Shown here one piece after another: positions 23,701-37,249 of a DNA stretch of 64,000 nucleotides (positions are counted from its first letter, which is position 1; every line of letters starts with the position of its first letter). Below the pieces are notes generated by a model. The model worked only from the letters and a program-made list of their open reading frames with translations, was not told where the DNA came from and made no database searches. The DNA is from Takakia lepidozioides (taxonomy: Eukaryota; Plantae; Bryophyta), in the NCBI GenBank assembly GCA_030704615.1, contig CM060732.1, positions 38,440,001 to 38,504,000 on the forward strand, in the 5' to 3' direction. The position numbers were made by a program, and so were the translations under genes.

Positions 23701-24677
23701 AAGGAACTGTGGCACCGTGATTCCCTCCTCCTTTCCCAACCGTGCTTCCCCATTATTGGTTTGCTCATCTAAGAAAAATTACACAATGACCACCCTATTC
23801 CCCTTCCTCTTACTCATACAGTTCGAAGAAACCATGGAAAGGAAGGAGGGTCCCTCGAGACTTCAACTGTACTTGCTATCACCTTGAAGCTATGAACCCT
23901 GGAGTCACTGACTCTCCCTTTCACCATGATGCACGCTTGGGGCCACAGTCCTACCAGGATAACCCCTAGGGAGGATAATAAGTTTAAACCCACCAGGATA
24001 TCACCCCTGCACGGACTGTGAACTTGTAACAAGCTAATGTCAATCAGAATTCAGGGGGTTAAGAAGTGAAAAAAGTGTAATCTAACAGAAAATCCTCAAG
24101 GGGGGTTCACAACTACTGACATCGTAAGATTAGATTAGTCCTGGCAATCCTCCCACCTTGAGATCCTTGATAAAGCGGTTGAAATGGAGGCGGATACCCC
24201 GAAGAAACTCCAGGACAAAGTCATTACTTTGGCAAGGAATGCCACTGGCTTCCAGAATGGCTGAACCCAGTTTGGGTTCGGCAACTCCCAGGCTGAATTT
24301 GGCCTTCTTGCCTGACTTCACTTTCGGAAGATTCATCTCCAGAAAGTTGTGCAAGTCCTTCGTCAGTATCCCTGTAACCAAACCAACCATTCGCAATTAA
24401 AGAACCAACGTCAGTTTAAAGAACTAACAGAAGGCCACCAAGCTCAGTTCATCTTAGCCGTACCCTCAGAGACAGCATTGCACTGTTCCAACGCGTCAGC
24501 CGCCGAGCTGAAGGGCTTGAATGCGGTGAGCTTCACCACCTTCCCGAAGCGCGTTAAATCGCTCACCGATTCCTGCACACCGTCTGCAGCTTGCCCAATC
24601 TCGTCCAACCCATATGCATCAAACAGCGCATACCCCGAAGCGGATTCATACAGCAGATGCAGCGCCTGCTTCACCAT
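20746..24677 (-). CDS. NOP56: Nucleolar protein 56 (box C/D snoRNP core), 8 exons
   Basis: [13 protein letters not shown]-terminus; LGVAEPKLG; [38 protein letters not shown]; Nop domain [53 protein letters not shown]; SRIDCFS; Lys-rich tail. The start is ATG 24677 or 24686. Confidence 0.95.
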
Positions 24678-24780
24678 CCCACCCATCAATGTAATCCACC
24701 TCCTCGCCCGATCAACACTAAGAAGAAAGACGGAAGTAGAAACAGCGTCCCCCCCTTAACGGGAGGCTGCTCAAGAGGCC

Positions 24781-24794
24781 AGGGTTTAGGGTTT
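24781..24794 (-). promoter_or_regulatory. Telo-box (AAACCCTAAACCCT) upstream of NOP56
   Basis: agggtttagggttt lies ~100 bp upstream of the ATG. Telo-boxes are established features of plant ribosome-biogenesis gene promoters and 5'UTRs. Confidence 0.75.
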
Positions 24795-24908
24795 CGCAAA
24801 AACCTGCTCTACATTTTCCTCTGTATTTTTTAGGGCATGGGAGCACCAGTGGCAGAAATCGTCTTTCTCTGAAGAAATCAGGATTATTCTAGCGACGACC
24901 CAAGGTGG

Positions 24909-25098
24909 GAAGCTAGTTTAGCGTAGAGCAGGAATAGGGTGCCATAGTGCCTCGTCATCGTTGCCACGTTATCGTCGTCGTCAAGTTTTTGGGAACATGC
25001 CCAAAATGCCCGAAAAATCCAAAAATAACTTCTTGAACTGTACTTCGTCTAGACTCACCCTTTTCCTCCCTGCTTCTGTTTGTTTGCTGTCCAAAGGA

Positions 25099-25134
<36 letters not shown>

Positions 25135-25460
25135 CTACTCTAAGATTATGTTTGCCCCAGATTTGGCAAGAGAGTAGTTGTAGCTGCTGAAGGCAAGGAC
25201 ACACTTTCAAACTTGGTTCTGCTAGTCCTATTTGCAATGGCCCAGAAAGGTTGGTTTATTTTTTCCCCTCAAGACCACAATTTCAGAGCTAGTGTTTCCT
25301 TGGAAATAAAATGAAGTAAACATACGTTGAACTATTTGTAAGACTTGAATCCATCACAATGAACTAGTCTTAGTGTCGAGCAGGAATAGAGTGCCATAGT
25401 GCCACGCCATTTTCAGGGATGTCATCATCGTCTTTTTTCGAGCTGCCCTGAAGAAAACCA
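24909..25460 (+). repeat. Two diverged ~100 bp direct copies (core gagcaggaatagRgtgccatagtgcc) flanking a (GA)n microsatellite at ~25101-25131
   Basis: Cores at ~24926-24952 and ~25378-25403 are near-identical. This is possibly a transposon-end fragment. Confidence 0.6.
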
Positions 25461-27090
25461 AAAGACCGATGTTTTTTAAAAACATATTCTTGTTGATCGT
25501 CGGCAGCCGCCACACCATCGCGATCTTTTTTCTGAATCTGCGAATTTCCCAAAAGAAAAACTGAATCATTTCATAGAATCATTTTTGTCAAATCTGCTCT
25601 AATATTACTTTATTTTTTGATATTTTGATAATAAGATAGTAGAGCTTGTTTAACCCTTAAGTTCCCAAGCCCTTTTTTGACTTTTTACCAATTTTGGGTA
25701 CCCAGCTGCAGTAAACGTACCAAAAAATGAGCCAAGTCCACCGTGGAAATTGTGAGATTATAACGGTGGCCCGGACCTCAAATATCAAGTACCAAAGAAA
25801 AAGTGAGAAAGAAATTGGTTTGACCAAATCAAAGCCTAGCTTTATCCAATTTTGCTTGCCCCAAGACCCACCATTTCCAAATCAATAGTGGAGTGGCTAT
25901 GACCCCACTAAATTGCAGGTCCAACTGATTTTTTCACCTATGCTTGCTTTGCATGCAATTACATGGGGGTTGAAATCTCAAAATTGACAAGAGAAAATGT
26001 GCCTCCAAATGAAGTACTTTTTTTTCTACAATTTTTTTAAAAGCCAATGGTGGATGTGTGTATGTAATGCTCACACACCACAAGGTGAAGTGCTTTTTCG
26101 AATTTTCTGGCCTTTGGAGTGCAACACAGATTGCCACGTACATTGTCATTAGTAGTGATGCCAAAGCAACTCTGAGCCCTAGTTTATTGGCTCCTCTTCA
26201 GAATAAAGAGGAGACTACACATTAGTCAAAAATCGCTAAGTCCCTGCTGTGCCTTCCCCAGGTGTCACCTCATCTCCTATGTTGAACCTCCAGGTAGCAC
26301 CTCCCTTAAGTAACATCTCTCTTATTGATCAATTTATGAAGAATAAATTGATGATTTTCTCAAATTTATTATGAATGAAAATAAATTTAACTATTCAAAA
26401 CTGGGAGGAGCCATACGCAACTACGGTAGCCACTTGTTTACATAAAAACCACAAGTTTTAATTAACGTATTGTGATAGTACATATAAATATGATAATGCT
26501 CATATAGGGCCCACCCCCGAAAGGGGCAGTAGCCGTGAGGCGAATTGGCTCTTAGTTACGCCGGTTTCCGCCGGAGTCTTCTCTGTGATAATGCTAATAG
26601 CTGATGGTATTAAATGCCAAAACTCTTAATACTTGATTTTTGTCTCTTGTCTATATTTTATATAATTAAAAATATAGCTCTACTGCCATATGGAAGCCTT
26701 CGGGCACCCAAAGGTTTTAATTTTTTTCCCTTCAATAATGTTAATAAGGCTCCAAAGGGCTTCCTCCCCTTTCTCTAAGATAATTTTATTTAAAAAAAAA
26801 ACTATTATTATATTATGAATACACATTAACAAACTCTATGAAAATTTAAAAACATATTCCTGCCGAAGCAACCTAATTTATGATGTCACTTTACCCAAGG
26901 AACTATTATGTTGAACTTTGAATCCATCACATTATTTTGGATATTGTTTACCGAAGTCATCACTAGTAGCGCGGAGCAATGCAAAGCCCAAGATGAAGTG
27001 GAAATTGAGAGAGAGTAGCGCAGTAGATGATCAACTAAATTACCACCACTCAGTAGTTGAGTTGAATTGAGCACTAAGTGCCACCCATAT

Positions 27091-28342
27091 GATTCTAGGT
27101 GTCGGGTGTGGTAAAGAAAGAAGACGCAAGCACTGCCCACTTCACCTTTCATCTACAATCTTTTTTGAGGGTGGCCCTATACCACCCCCTATATCTTTTT
27201 TTTTGCATAGTGGGCGTGGTATTATCTTCTCATCTTTCTCTTGGCATTGTTGCTTGAGCCTTGTGGTGGGTGCCTCATGTGAGGTGATTTTGAAAGAGCC
27301 TACTATTCTCTACTCTCGCTGTAATGAAGGCACCTGATTTGTGATCTGTCTCTCCAAGGTGTTTCTCTTAAGAATAAACCAAAAATAAAATCGTACATAG
27401 TATTGAACTTCTCATTGAACAATATTAGGGTCTTGAATGCCTCCACGTGTATCTGCGGCGGGGCCCATGTGTGGCAAAAGGGGTCGCGAGGGTGGGAGCT
27501 CCCTTACCAGAATGGGCCAGTATGCTATTGGGTCTTCCCGGCAAGCTAGTCTGCTAGGACCCACAATATACACATAAAGCAATATTAGTTATTGCAAGTA
27601 TTTACAGAAAGCGGCGGATAGTGTGGTGGTTAAGAGCAATGAATAATAAACATGAGGTTTGGTGTTCAAATCTTGTCGGGTTGTACTGCGGTGATACGGT
27701 GTGTTATTAAATAAATATTTTGTCGAAGGGGTCTGCCAGTCCGCTCATCGGTCTGCTGGAGGATGCGCCCAGTTCGCTCGTTGGTCTGCTCGAGGGTCTG
27801 CCGGTCTGCTGGATGAGGGTCTGCCGAGTCCGCTCATCGGTCTGTTGGAGGGTATGTCGGTCTGCTGGAGGAGGGTCTGCCCAGTCCGCTCGTCGGTCTG
27901 CTGGAGGTCCTGCCAGTTGTTAGAAGGTTGGAGTCAATCTGTTGGAGGGTCTGCCCAATCCGCAAGAAGGGCCGAGGCGGTAAATGAACAAGGACTTAGA
28001 AAAAATTCAGAATCTAGCCGACCCAATGAATAGGCAGTTGGCTTATGAGCTCACCCAATGGGCCGTACTGGCGGGGCCCACAGGTGCATTCAAGACCCTA
28101 ATATTAAAAAATGAGAGGCGAGTACTGAAGCACAAATTTGTTTGCCGAAAAATAACACATCGTCGATGTTTCATACTCTAGTTTTTGTTTTTCTCAAAAC
28201 AAAAACCATCAGGGTCAATGAACAAATTAAAGGGTGATAAAAAAACTTGCAGAGACATGAAGGCTTACAACCTAGACTAAGTTAGTATCGGCTAATCCTA
28301 TAGGAGGTTCCATTATTTTCAAGAAAATTAATCTACCAGCAT
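27091..28342 (+). repeat. Dispersed repeat, copy A (uninterrupted)
   Basis: Aligns by eye from gattctaggtgtcgggtg to aagaaaattaatctaccagcat with 40166-41006 plus 46446-46769. Confidence 0.9.
27428..28098. mobile_element. MITE-like element with 13-bp TIRs (GGGTCTTGAATGC) flanked by TA, inside repeat copy A
   Basis: ta-gggtcttgaatgc ... gcattcaagaccc-ta. It contains internal GC-rich ~33-bp tandem units (gagggtctgcccagtccgctcgtcggtctgctg). The second copy spans 40519-46526. Confidence 0.7.
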
Positions 28343-30236
28343 AGGATTAAAAAAGCAAAGCCTCAACGTTATCGGCTGCATATCGACGGCCCGTATCCAG
28401 TAGATCGTAGCCGTTTGGAGTACTGTTGATCAACGGTGGGGAGACACCGGTTACGCTCTGGAACGCCTGTGGAGCCAGTTCCACCCAACCAGAACGCAGG
28501 CCCGCCCCTATGGGCTTGCCACGTTCCTAGGTGGAACGGGCCTTCCGATCCGTTCCATTGTACCTACATAGGGGATTGCACTTGGACTTAGATGACACTG
28601 GACACTTGGGCCAACAGCACAGGCTACCCTAGTAGTAATAATAACTGCAAGGTGGCAATCAAGTTGGGCCACACAGACCTTGCGTTTGTAAGCAAGTAAT
28701 TGGAATCCATTTATCCCATATCGTTAGTGGTTATGAGTGGCTCGTCCTTCGGGGACCGTTAAACCGCTCGTCTGCACACTCGCAGTGTTGCTCACCAGCA
28801 CTGCACGCCAGCGTCTCTTCCTCTCACCACCGCCGTCTGTGAAGCTCTGAGGAGCTTGTCAAGTTGTCAATTTGCGCTTGATGCTCTCATGAAGTCCTTG
28901 GAAGGGTATTGAAGAGTGGAAGAGCTGCTCTTATAATTGCTTTGGAGGTGCTTGGAGGTGAATTGGCTGCAGCTTGGGAAAGGCGGGGGGGGGGCAGGGA
29001 GCGGTGGAGTGGAGGGTGGGAGAGGGAGGGAATTAGGAATAGAAGGACACTGGCTTCTTCAGGGGTTGATGAATGCATGAGGTAGTGTCGCATTGGAAGA
29101 CAGACACGAGACAGCGGAGGTACTCTTTACGCATGGTCTGAATGTTCCTGCTAAATCTAATGGAAGACTAGATATGTAATGGTAGACCTTTTGCGGGTAG
29201 CATTTTTTTTTTCTGATGCTGGTTATTTGTGCAAGTTGAAGACGTGACCTGCGGTTCCTCTGATATGGGGTTGCGAATGAGGGGAATGCCCTGTCATCAG
29301 GGTCCAAACCATTTATTGGTAGTAAAATCTAATCTGTTTCAAGAGTAGGTAACAAGTCTTACCGTCTGTCTAACAATCTTGTGAAGGAATTTACCCAATA
29401 GACTCGAATTATTCATCGAATGGAGCGTTGATGAAGTGGTAGCTTGTGAGCTTTAGGCCCTTTTCACGAAACCAATCGAAATTCTGCTTTTGTCCCCACA
29501 AGAATGTTATTGCTCTTTAATCCGCGCTTTCTTTTTCCTCGAACATTCAGAAAAGGGCATCTCACAGCGTTTCCTGTTCTTTCCACTCTTAAAATTCCCG
29601 GACTTACTCAAACTAAAAAAAGGCTACTCTTGAGTCACCTTCAACCTGGGAAATTTAATGTGTGGGGCAACTGTGTTGCACTGATCGCCAGAGTTCATTC
29701 AGTCTTAATTTTTTCTGAAGAATAGGTTGGTTCAAGGAGTTTGTTCTAAAATGCTCATAATGTCCATCCATCTAAGAATTTCATATCCATTGAGGAGGCA
29801 TTTGACAGAGCCATGGAAGATGAAATTTTAGGGATGTGTGGAGAGGTGGAAGCTATTCTTTGCGAATTGAAACAAACCATATTATAAAGAAGTCCAGGAT
29901 AGATAGAATACACACACTAATATCAGAGAGGGTGGTGGCCTTTTACATATTCTCTTTGTTGTCTAATCTTTGTTGTTGGCTCTACTCCTCCAACCGCATC
30001 TTCAAACTGAAAGGATGCAGAGCGTCTTAGTAAGGACGAGTTGTGACTAGAAAGTTTCATTTGTATTTTTGTCTATGCAAGGTCAATGTTCTTGCCTTTG
30101 CAGTGTTTCTATATCAGATATATGTTTCCTTGTTTTTTTCTGGAGAGAGAGAGAGAGAGAGAGTGGCTCAACACACTTGCATATTAGTGGCATGCTTCAA
30201 CTTGTGCACATGGTTTCTTAACTGCAGCCTCCAGAA

Positions 30237-33200
30237 ATGAGTGCAGTGGGGTCCCCAGCTGTGGTTGGGTCTTTCATCAGTCACATACCCATTTCATTGG
30301 AGATTTCAGGCATTCGGCCTAAGAATCAGGCCCCCCCAACGGTTTCCACAAGCCTCAGGCATCCAAAGACTTATTTGGAGCGAACAGCGTATCGTCAGCT
30401 GAAGGTGAATTCTGTGTTAAAGAAATGTCACATAATCTCAATGTGCTTTGTGATATTGACGTGTCCCAGAGGTTCAGCCAAGTAATGTACTTTAGACAGA
30501 ACTTGTTACAACTATTGCTATTGCTTCTTGTCACTTACGATGACGTCCACTTTTGTGATCTGTTGCTTGGACAGAGGTGGCAGTTTGCAAGTGACAACTG
30601 GAAGGTCTTTGCCGCATCCAATTTCCCGAGCGAGACTGAAGAGGTAACAAAGAAGGATGACCACTCCTCGTTAGGCAACGGGAGTTTTAGTCATGATGCA
30701 GCAACTGCAGTGCTGGAGACCCCTACTCAAACAAATGAGCAGAATGAAGCCAAAGACAAATTCAACTGGACTAAGCAGTGGTATCCCATCACGGTTACTG
30801 GGGGTCTTGACAAGACTGCCCCTCATGGTGGCACTGTAATGGGACACCCTCTGGCTTTATGGTGGGATCGGATGAGTTCAAAGTGGCAAGTGTTTGCTGA
30901 CAAATGTCCCCACCGGTTGGCCCCTCTCTCAGAAGGAAGCATCACAGATGACGGGCTGTTGCGCTGTTCCTACCATGGGTGGGCCTTTAAACCTACTGGT
31001 GAATGCACAAAGATCCCCCAGGCTCCGTCTAATGGGCCTCAGGTACATCCCTGCTTGTCATATTTCCTATACTTTATAATGTCCACAAGTGTTTTAGTTT
31101 TTCTTGTGTCTCTCTTTCTCTCTCCCCCGTTGGCCTCTCGTTCACGCTATATCTCCTTCGTGCTTATGTGTGGAAATATAGTGTGAGAGGGGAAGTGAAT
31201 TCAGTACCTCCCATAACATCTGTCTATGAATCATTTTGTTGTCTCTCTCTCTCTTACACATGCTCTTACAGGGCACCCTTGTGGGGTAGCTACACTGACT
31301 CCACGTTCTGAGCAAGCCTCCCAAAGCTGTCCTTTTCGAAAGTCAAATCCAGGTCGTGAGATCAAAATTCTGAGTCCCCTCTTAAACCAAAATTCTCATT
31401 CATTATATCTGAATAATTGTGGGAGACCAAAATGCGGTAGAAAGTCTCAGCTAACAGAATTGCTATTTTTTACGCCTTATCAGTGGACCTCAAAGTGTGT
31501 TTGGTCAGCCGTGACACCAGCTCTGGTCCCACTTTGCAGCCTGCTTCTCTCCCCACAGCCGTCATACAGCATTCAATCCTCAATCACTGATTTAGGCTTG
31601 TTTTTCTTTGTTATGCCTTCTTTTCTGGGAAGCTCTCTGGTGTATATAGTTTTCATTTCGGCGGCCAATAGTACTATTTATCCCGGGACAGGCAATCCCT
31701 TGCTGAGATCTTTCGTTATGAGGACCAGAAATGCCTGGGAGCATATCTAGAGGAGGCTCTCCACCGTAGAAAAGCTTTTAATGATGAACCTTGGATATTA
31801 ATTTTTGGGCTGCTTGCTGAGGGCCCACTGCCGTCTTGCATCGTACTTTCTTTTGTCCCATAAGCTCTTTGAGCCTCCTCTGGATGTCATAAAGTTCCTT
31901 TCCTCTCCTTTCCTTTCTTTCTGTCTCGCTCTCTCCACCTGGGGGAAGTTCTCCTGGTCTCTTCCCCTTCTCTTGCTGACATCCTAAGTCTCTTTGTCCT
32001 TCCTTTCCAACTTGTCTCCTGCCAAAACGATTTACACTGCCTGAAGACGATGTCTACAATTCAATAGAGGGCTTGCAGGTGCAGAATTCACGCCGGGCTT
32101 GTGCGACCATCTATCCCAGTATGGAGCAACAAGGCATCCTTTGGTTCTGGCTTGACCTTTCAGAGGGGCCTATAAATGTAGAAGCTGCTGCTAACCCCCC
32201 TCCCTTCTTTCCGGTGCTAAGCGATCCAACCTTCAAGTTTGACCTATCTTTTCGTGATCTGCCATATGGGTAAGCTTTTCTGGAAAGCACCTTTGTCTCC
32301 TTGCTGTTTTGTCTCCTCCCTTGTCTCTGTGTGCCCTCTTTTTTCTAATGGGATCGCTGTCCATTCCAACAGGTATGATACTTTGATTGAGAACTTAATG
32401 GATCCATCACATGTTCCCTTTGCTCACCACAAGATCCAGGTTATCTCTGTCTCTGTCTCTGTCTCTCTCATGTCTTAGCTACTGTTGTTTGACTTGTGAA
32501 AGTGTCATACCAAGTGGACATTGTACTGAAGTGTTAAAGATTGTTGACAATCATTTCACAGAAGTTTGTGCCATTCCTTGGTTTTCGCGGTGGGTTTTTA
32601 CATACTTGATGTGGAAGGTCATGTCATAGTAACTAGTGTTGAGCCGTTATCAAAATTTTCAAATGCCGCCCTATCAAGGTTATCTCTGAAATTGTTGTCT
32701 TATTACCCTAAGGTTTACGGTATGATAGGGATAGTAAGATCAGGACAGTAGGTATGGGGTGGGTATACATTTTGTGAAAAATCCAGGTGTGAATTCCAGA
32801 TACAGAATGGTTATGGATGAAGGTAGGTTTAGGTCACAGATACAATCACAGTAACTAGCACAACAGTAGGTTGTATTATATCGCGGGGTATTTTAGACTT
32901 ACCCTTACTAGGTTGGGTGGTATGCAAAGATACAATCTTCCAATTATCAACATATCCAAAAACTGCTAGAGTCCTGTTATTTATTGGTCCTTACAGGAGA
33001 CCATGCACCAGTGCCAAAACCAGTTTGATCCTGTTGGACCCTTCCCAAGTAACACCTCCAATTTTACTAGTTTTTAATCTGATTATGGATGAAAGTAGAT
33101 TTCAATATTCACAAAGGAAAAGAAATTACGCTACTAGCTGCTTGTTTTCTAATTTTCTTTATTTATAAGCTGATAGCTAACCAGAAGACAATGACTGATA

Positions 33201-36200
33201 ACTGCCCAACACTGGTTCCGTCTCCACAGCCATAGGAGAGCTACCACTTGGTTCTGGCTGCCTAGGGATAGAATTTGGTCAGGCTAGGGAGTACAGGCTC
33301 TAGCTGTGCAGATGGAATATTGTTTTGCAACTTGAGTCTGAAAAATGTATATGTGTTTGTCTTGCACTGTTGCAGGGAAATCGAGATAGAGCAACACCTT
33401 TGTTTCTCAAAGTAAAAAAAGTCGACAAGTCAGGGTTTGTAGGGGAGGGTGACCGCGGCCCTGCCACTTTTTCCCCGCCGTGCTGTTTCCAACTTCATAT
33501 TGAACTTCCCACAAAAAAGGCAGTGGTAAGCTGTGAAAAGCGCTGAATGTTTAAATATGATTGCTACTATGTCCAGCCCCTTAACATTTGTGCCTTTGGT
33601 GATAAAGAAAAGAGTGAGGAATGATGTGTGCACCTTCTGCCAGCCATAGGCCTTCTGTAGAACAGTGGTATGATCCCTCGCTGGTAGTATGTAAGTCTCT
33701 GGCAGTTTGAATTAGGGGATGAACTTGCATGGTTTTTTAAGAGAAATGTTGCAAGAATCTGTGGAATGCACTCTGTTGCTGAATCTGTTGTTAGTTGTCT
33801 GAGAGTGCATGTTTGTCCTGAATGTTGGTAAATATCATTTCAATTTAACTGAAAATCTTATGTGTTGCTTGGCAAAAAAGATGCCGAACAAGGTCATATG
33901 GCAGTAATTGTTGAAATCTATCAGCTGTTTGGGCTTTGCTGCAGGGCACATCCAAATGGGCTCACATTAGCTGATCCTTTCCTTAGAAAAAAAGTCATCC
34001 ATAATTTGAAAGGGCCCTGGTGCTAGATCAAACTGGTGATGTAACAGAGGTGGACCACTGGAATGTGAAAGGTAGGTACAGTCTTGCTAAGAAAGTTGCG
34101 TGTGATATGTTTTCAGGGGGAGCGTGAGTCTAGTCCCTTGAAAAGGTTGAGGATAATGATACTGGACGCCCTCAGCTTGAGAAACAACAATACAAATACA
34201 GAGGAGTTGGTGAAGAAGATGACGCTTTTGTTCATGTGTGTGCCAGTGTCTCCCGGCCACAGTCGAGTGATATGGTCCTTTCCCCGAAATTTTGCCACGT
34301 GGCTCGTGGACATCACTCCAAGATGGTTGACACATGTGACAAATAACCTTGTTCTTGATTCTGACATGTACCTCCTTCACCTCACGGTATTTCCTACGAA
34401 CCAGATACTGATTCATTCAATGTATTTGTCAATTCTCAATAACTAAGGGATTTCCAAGTGGATACGCGATGGAAGATGTCTAAGTAGGTCTTAACCAGTA
34501 GTTTGCAGTCCTCATTCTCATAGACCTCTGCAATTCTGTTGTCAGGTGGATGTTTGTAAGACTTTATTTGTCTCAATCATGGCTCCAGTCCCAAACAGTG
34601 TGCTATATGGGGTAGTGAAGAGGGAGGTCTCGGCTTCAAGTTTGGGGAGCATCTGATGCCGAGTTGACTGGACCTTCCCTCATGACAAGTCATCTAGCTA
34701 TGATTGTCCCCTTTGTCAATGGAACTGGGGGCCTGCATCCCAGAGAGATAGATTTACATAGCATGTCTGAGCGACAAGGAAACACGAAACACAATGTGTT
34801 GTGTTTGCCTCATTTTATTGACATCAGACAGCCTACTTGGCACCATCAAACTGTCTCTAAGATCTGCCTCCATACCTCCCCTTACATACCCTTGCTGGAA
34901 AACCAAGGTGTACTAAGTGGCCATCAGATGCACACTAGGTAGGCCCTTCTCAGAAACAGACCTGCTTCCTCACTTTCATATTATAGGAAGGAACAGTAGA
35001 AGTAAGAAGAACATTAGTGTCTCGTTAAAGGTAACTCCTTTACATGTAGGTACAAGCTCATAGATCCATCAAACCATTCAGAGCAAAAACAGAAGTAGTA
35101 TGTGTATACAAACAACACATACAAACAGACTTGAGGTTTGAGGGAGCTCAAATCCTCCCTTAGTCTCTTGCCCATAGTAGCAGTTCCTATGACAAAAGAG
35201 GGTGAAGTGGCCTCACCTGGATCCATCACAGCCAACCAATCAACCCACAGGTTAGTGATCCCTGTGGAACCCCAGGCATAAACCACTTCACATCTAGGCC
35301 AGCCAACAGAGCAATGTACATTGACCGGATCATGTAGAAGTGTACAAATATACTCTAGTGTGCTCCTGCTACAGGGCCTAGCACAAGATATCATGGATTA
35401 GTAGGCCATCAAATGTCTACCAGCAGAAATGTACGTGCAACTCACGAAGCAGTTTCTCAATCACCATGACAGGATGAAGTTATCCAAGAATGGTGCTAGA
35501 CATATATGTAAGGATAGATAGAAAGAGAGAGTATGAAGGACCAGGCAAATCTTGAGTGTTGTAACAAAGATCACAGCCACATTCAAGGGAGAGAGGGCGA
35601 ATGAACTCATAAGACGGTGTTTGCCGTAGCGTATGGCCATTGACCCTGTGCCCAGTTTGAGCAGAACATAAAGGTGGGGGAGAGAGAGAGATTGTACTCA
35701 TAAGACGTTGTTTGCAGTAGAGAGAGAGAGAGGTCAAGGGGGAAGCTCTAGAAGATCCAATGGCCAGATCTTGGTCTGTGGTCCTTACTTGACTTTGAGA
35801 AAACGGGTTTAGTATGCGACTCTAGATGCGATTGATTCAGATTCCTTGCATGCAATGTGATGTGATCATGTGCTGCAGGAACGGAGACTAGAGGAGGAAG
35901 GTGCAGACAAATGGTTGGACAAGTGCTATGTACCTACAACTGCAGATGCATTTGTGATTGCCTTTCGGAAGTGGTTAAAGGACTTTGCTGGCGGTTCTCC
36001 AAACTGGGGAGGCAGATATGATGGTCAATTGCCCCCTACTCCACCAAAGCGTATTCTGATGGACAGGTCTACCTCACATCTCACTACCTTAAGAATGATC
36101 TTAACTGCCTACCTACCCTCGGCAGTAGACTGGAATTTAAACTCAGGGCGGGGAGTTTACCTTTGAACAAAGAGGGATGAAAGGGAGATTGTTAATGCCC

Positions 36201-37249
36201 TATGTGCGGGCGGTCTGAAGACAATATCCATTTTCTGATACAATGTCCGAGGTATTCTCATCCGAGAGTGACCCTCTTCATGACCATCAACCCCATAGTC
36301 CCTGCACCTCTGTTCACCAGCTTTCAAAATCTCAAGGCTGAGCCTAAAAGAGCTGGCCCTGGTGGGGTCTAATTGCTGCTCACGCACAGCAGATTGACGC
36401 TTGTGTGAAGGGCGTTCTGGAGTAAAATTGGAAAGCCTGAACCAATTGTCTATACCAAGGTAACTCCCACTACTGGAGTGAGCCCCTCACAAAGGTAGTG
36501 TCTGTTCCCTCTTGTTCCACCCGAACTGGGCGCGGGGTCTATGGCCACCAGGCTACAGCGAACAACGTCTCATGAGTACATTCCCTACCACAGTAGGATG
36601 TGCTCATGAGTTCTACATGGTGTAGCTTTGTCACCCGAAGACCGATGGACTGCCATATAGTGTCCACAGGAAAAGTCTGGCAGAAGCACAGTGACTAGGT
36701 AGGTGTGCACTATCAACTCCAAGTAACGCTAAACTGCAAGTGAGCATACCTAGCATCAGAATGTACATGTAATGTTGGGTGTGATTTCAAATTTCTAGAC
36801 TTCTTGTTCTTCCTACATTTTCTGAGCCTAGGATAGACTTGAGACGTTCGCCTCCATACCTAAGTTTGATGAATGATTTGCATGTCGTATCGCTATGAAC
36901 CTGCACCTGTGTCTATGCACTACTTCCCATACTTAATGATGGAATATATCCTCAGGCCATTTTTTTTGTTGCTTCTGGGTGCAGATATTGGTCACATGTA
37001 AAACAATGTAAGGCATGCAGTGGTGCCCTGGCTGCTTTCAGAGCATTCGAAACAGGCTTTCAAGTTCTTGCAATTGCAACGGTGGGATTGGTGGCAACAG
37101 CAGCTGTCATGCCTATATCAAGCCTGAGACCATACAGTGTGCCTTTGGTCTGCATGGCAGTTTTGTCCACACTGGTATCTCGGTGGCTCTCAGATTTCAT
37201 ATACAAAACCTTTCACTTCCATGATTATAACCATGCAGTTGTCAAGTGA
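30237..37249 (+). CDS. PTC52: Plastid Rieske/mononuclear-iron oxygenase, PTC52/ACD1-like (PAO family), 8 exons
   Basis: FNWTKQWYP; Rieske DKCPHRLAPLSEG...CSYHGW; iron site ENLMDPSHVPFAH; CVPVSPGHSR; VLDSDMYLLH; YWSHVKQCKAC; C-terminus FIYKTFHFHDYNHAVVK*. Approximate exons 30237-30404, 30575-31042, 32079-32269, 32373-32439, 33376-33525, 34117-34386, 35879-36066 and 36985-37249. Confidence 0.88.

Noticed and set aside
21325-24156. Intronic C/D snoRNAs in NOP56 (hosts such RNAs in animals)
   Set aside because: Only imperfect C boxes were found (e.g. ATGATGC...CTGA around 21465-21525, minus strand), with no rRNA antisense element I could recognise. A snoscan/Rfam search is needed.
25650-25670. 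piggyBac-like TTAA-CCCTT end
   Set aside because: No matching opposite terminus was found.
31400-36400. LINE reverse-transcriptase traces in PTC52 introns (~31500-31750 and ~36150-36400, minus strand)
   Set aside because: Similarity is too weak to support by eye, although plausible.
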